This document shows positions 61,633-64,000 of a DNA stretch of 64,000 bases, in pieces. The first letter of the stretch is position 1. The number at the start of each line of letters is the position of its first letter. The DNA comes from Mobula birostris. Its lineage: Eukaryota. The translations under genes were made by a program, and so were the position numbers. The stretch spans positions 163,710,212 through 163,774,211 of the forward strand of contig NC_092376.1 in assembly GCF_030028105.1 (NCBI RefSeq), read 5' to 3'. The notes under the pieces were generated by a model, which saw only the letters and a list, made by a program, of their open reading frames with translations, did no database searches and had not been told where the DNA came from.

Positions 61633-62749
61633 CCACACTTATCATTAATGATCTTGCAAGTCTCTGCCTGTGGGTTTCAGACATTGAAGTTTCACTCCCA
61701 TGCAATTGAAAAGAACTTGATTTGAACATATTTGGGTGGGAGTCAAAGGAAATAACTGGAAAACAGCCCCAGTTATTAAGACCGGCTTTCAGCCCAGACT
61801 GGCCACTCACTTTGAAGTTTCTTCACATTATACTTGCAATTGCCTCCCACATTAAATCAGGTCAGTCAAACCATGAGAGGAACTCATGTACACTGCATTA
61901 ATGCAGAAACTAATAGAGCTGGTCAGACAGTTGCTACGAATTTTAAATTAAGCAGTTATTTGAATGTTCATACATTGAGTCAATGAGAAGACTGGGAATG
62001 AGATGCCTAATTAGATGTAAATAAAAGTGTTGAATTTATCTGATGCCTGATTGACTCTCTCAGAAACTCATCATTCACTGAATTGCCAACCACCCCAACA
62101 GTTCCGCAAACACCAGTGAGATGAATCAAATCTGTGTTAGGGTGGTGTTCTAACAAAACAAAATGCTAATCAAACTCTGCTTAACCTGTTGCCAGTATAC
62201 GGGCAAGTATACGGATTCCCAGTCCATCATATGTGAAACAAGAATGAGAGAATTTTCCATCTCTCCAGCAAGCTACTGAGGTTGACCATTAAGTCACACA
62301 ACAGAGATATCCCTCGGCAATACACCAGTCTCACTAAGTAAGTAAATGCACACCTGCTCTGACAAAGTTCCTTGCTTTTCTCTCTCATGATTCATACTTT
62401 GTAGATGGGGTAAGTGCCATACCATGAGTCATTGGGTGGAGGACACCAAGCCCCTGACCTGCTCTTGAAGATCACTTGTTACTTGACATGTATCATTGAA
62501 TTGAATTGACTTTATCACTTACATCCATCATATACATAAGGAGTAAACATCTTTCTGGTACGTCTCTGTCTAAATGTGCCTTACATTGTTAAGGTCTTGC
62601 TGACTGTAAGTACGGACTAGTTCATTTGCTGTGGAAGTCTATTGATGCAGCAGCCAAAGATGGTTGGTATGAAGGTACTGACCAGAGGGCTCATACCACT
62701 GTCAGCAACTTGAGAAGTAATGTATTATGAATAAAGACTTAAGAGCATA

Positions 62750-63171
62750 CCTCAAGAGGAGCACAAACTTGTCATGGTTTGGAGGATTGTATGCCTCAAT
62801 GACCCAGAGAGCTGTGTTGGCTGGATCCAGGCTACATGCTTTAGCTCTCGGTAGAGTCATCCATGCCAAACAGGTCAAGGGGTCGAGGACAGACTAAGAG
62901 TCGTCCACAGGTCCTCCAGGTCCGGCGGTTCTGTTCAGGACTAACAGCCCTGACAGGTAAAACAAAATTGTTATGGTAAAGCAATGAAGAATCCTTCTAC
63001 ACCTGAGTGTGACAGCATTCCTGGGTCTCCACCTGGGACTTGAATGACTGACAGTGGAAACTGGGAGGAAGCCACTGACACGATGAAGGAAGCCCTGAAC
63101 ATGACCAGAGATGGAGGACCTTCATTGCTGCCCTAAATGCCAGTGGAATAACAGACATTAAGTAAGTAAGT
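62750..63171 (+). mobile_element. Short RTE-related non-autonomous retroposon
   Basis: (taag)n tail and 13-bp TSD acttaagagcata at 62737-62749 and 63172-63184. The 3' part ggaggaccttcattgctgcccta resembles the end of an RTE ORF. Confidence 0.7.
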
Positions 63172-63704
63172 ACTTAAGAGCATAAGGTCATTGGAAAGAG
63201 GAGCAGGAATATGCAAATCAGCCAATTTGTAACTCAGTACATCAATCAATCAAGTCACGACCAATCCAGTCTTGGACTGAACACCAATTCATTGCTCTCT
63301 TCCCGAACTATGATTTTATTATAGTTCAAATGACATAAATAAAATTGATTGAAACAGACTGAAATATATGAAGCTCAATTGGTAATGTATCAGTGTGGGG
63401 ACTCTGATGAATTAATGATACTAATTTATTCTTATGAAGCACTTGTTAAGTCTACATCAGACATGAATCATTAGGCTGGAGTATTTCACACTATGTAGGC
63501 ATACATAGTTACAGTTCTGATCAGATTCAATTCATTCAATCATTATACTTTGTCTTATTATAATAATATAAATTAATGAGCTCACTGTGATTCACCACAT
63601 TAGTTGGCCTTCTTACATGGTTTAAGTAATGTAACTTCTAAGAAGCCTTGTTAGATTTTCCTTCTGTATTGGGCCAAAATAAATTCTAACAATTTATTTT
63701 TTTT

Positions 63705-64000
63705 CAAGTATGAGTCAATATGCAGCATTTGTTCAGTTCTGGTTACCCACCTGCAGGAAAGACATCAATATCCTTGAAACAGTACAGAGAAAATTTACAC
63801 GGATGTCGCTGGGACTTGGAACACCTGAGTTACAGGGATAGGCTGATTAGGTTAGAACATCATTTCCTGAAGCATGGGAGAATGAGGGGAAATCTTTTAG
63901 AAGTAAAACAAAATTATGAGGTGTTTAAGTAGGGCGAATGCATACAGGCTGTTTCCCCCAGGTCAGGTAAGACTGGAACTAGAGGTCATAGGTTTAGGGT
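63705..64000 (+). mobile_element. Old CR1 fragment running off the window
   Basis: LEHLSYRDRLIRLE..RMRGNLLEV. Confidence 0.7.

Overview
This is eukaryotic, AT-rich, repeat-dominated intergenic or intronic DNA. The repeat mix (CR1, Rex1/Babar, Penelope, Tc1, V-SINE-like) suggests a cartilaginous fish, probably a ray; that is an inference. No host protein-coding gene, tRNA, rRNA or CRISPR array could be supported. The best-preserved feature is a young, nearly intact Ty3/Gypsy LTR retrotransposon (10146-14696, 5-bp TSD, one gag-pol frame with two W-to-stop codons). It has no tRNA primer-binding site; instead 15 nt just after the 5' LTR are perfectly complementary to the LTR's own poly(A)-signal region, suggesting self-priming. 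The window also holds many Penelope-like elements with minimal hammerhead ribozyme motifs, including fold-back mini-elements with 14-bp TSDs. Other elements are a degraded sushi-like chromovirus partly replaced by a Nimb/I LINE, two inverted solo LTRs (one flanked by a 148-bp duplication), an older Gypsy relic, Tc1 relics, SINEs and microsatellites. Family names come from motif recognition, not database searches, and boundaries of old fragments are approximate.
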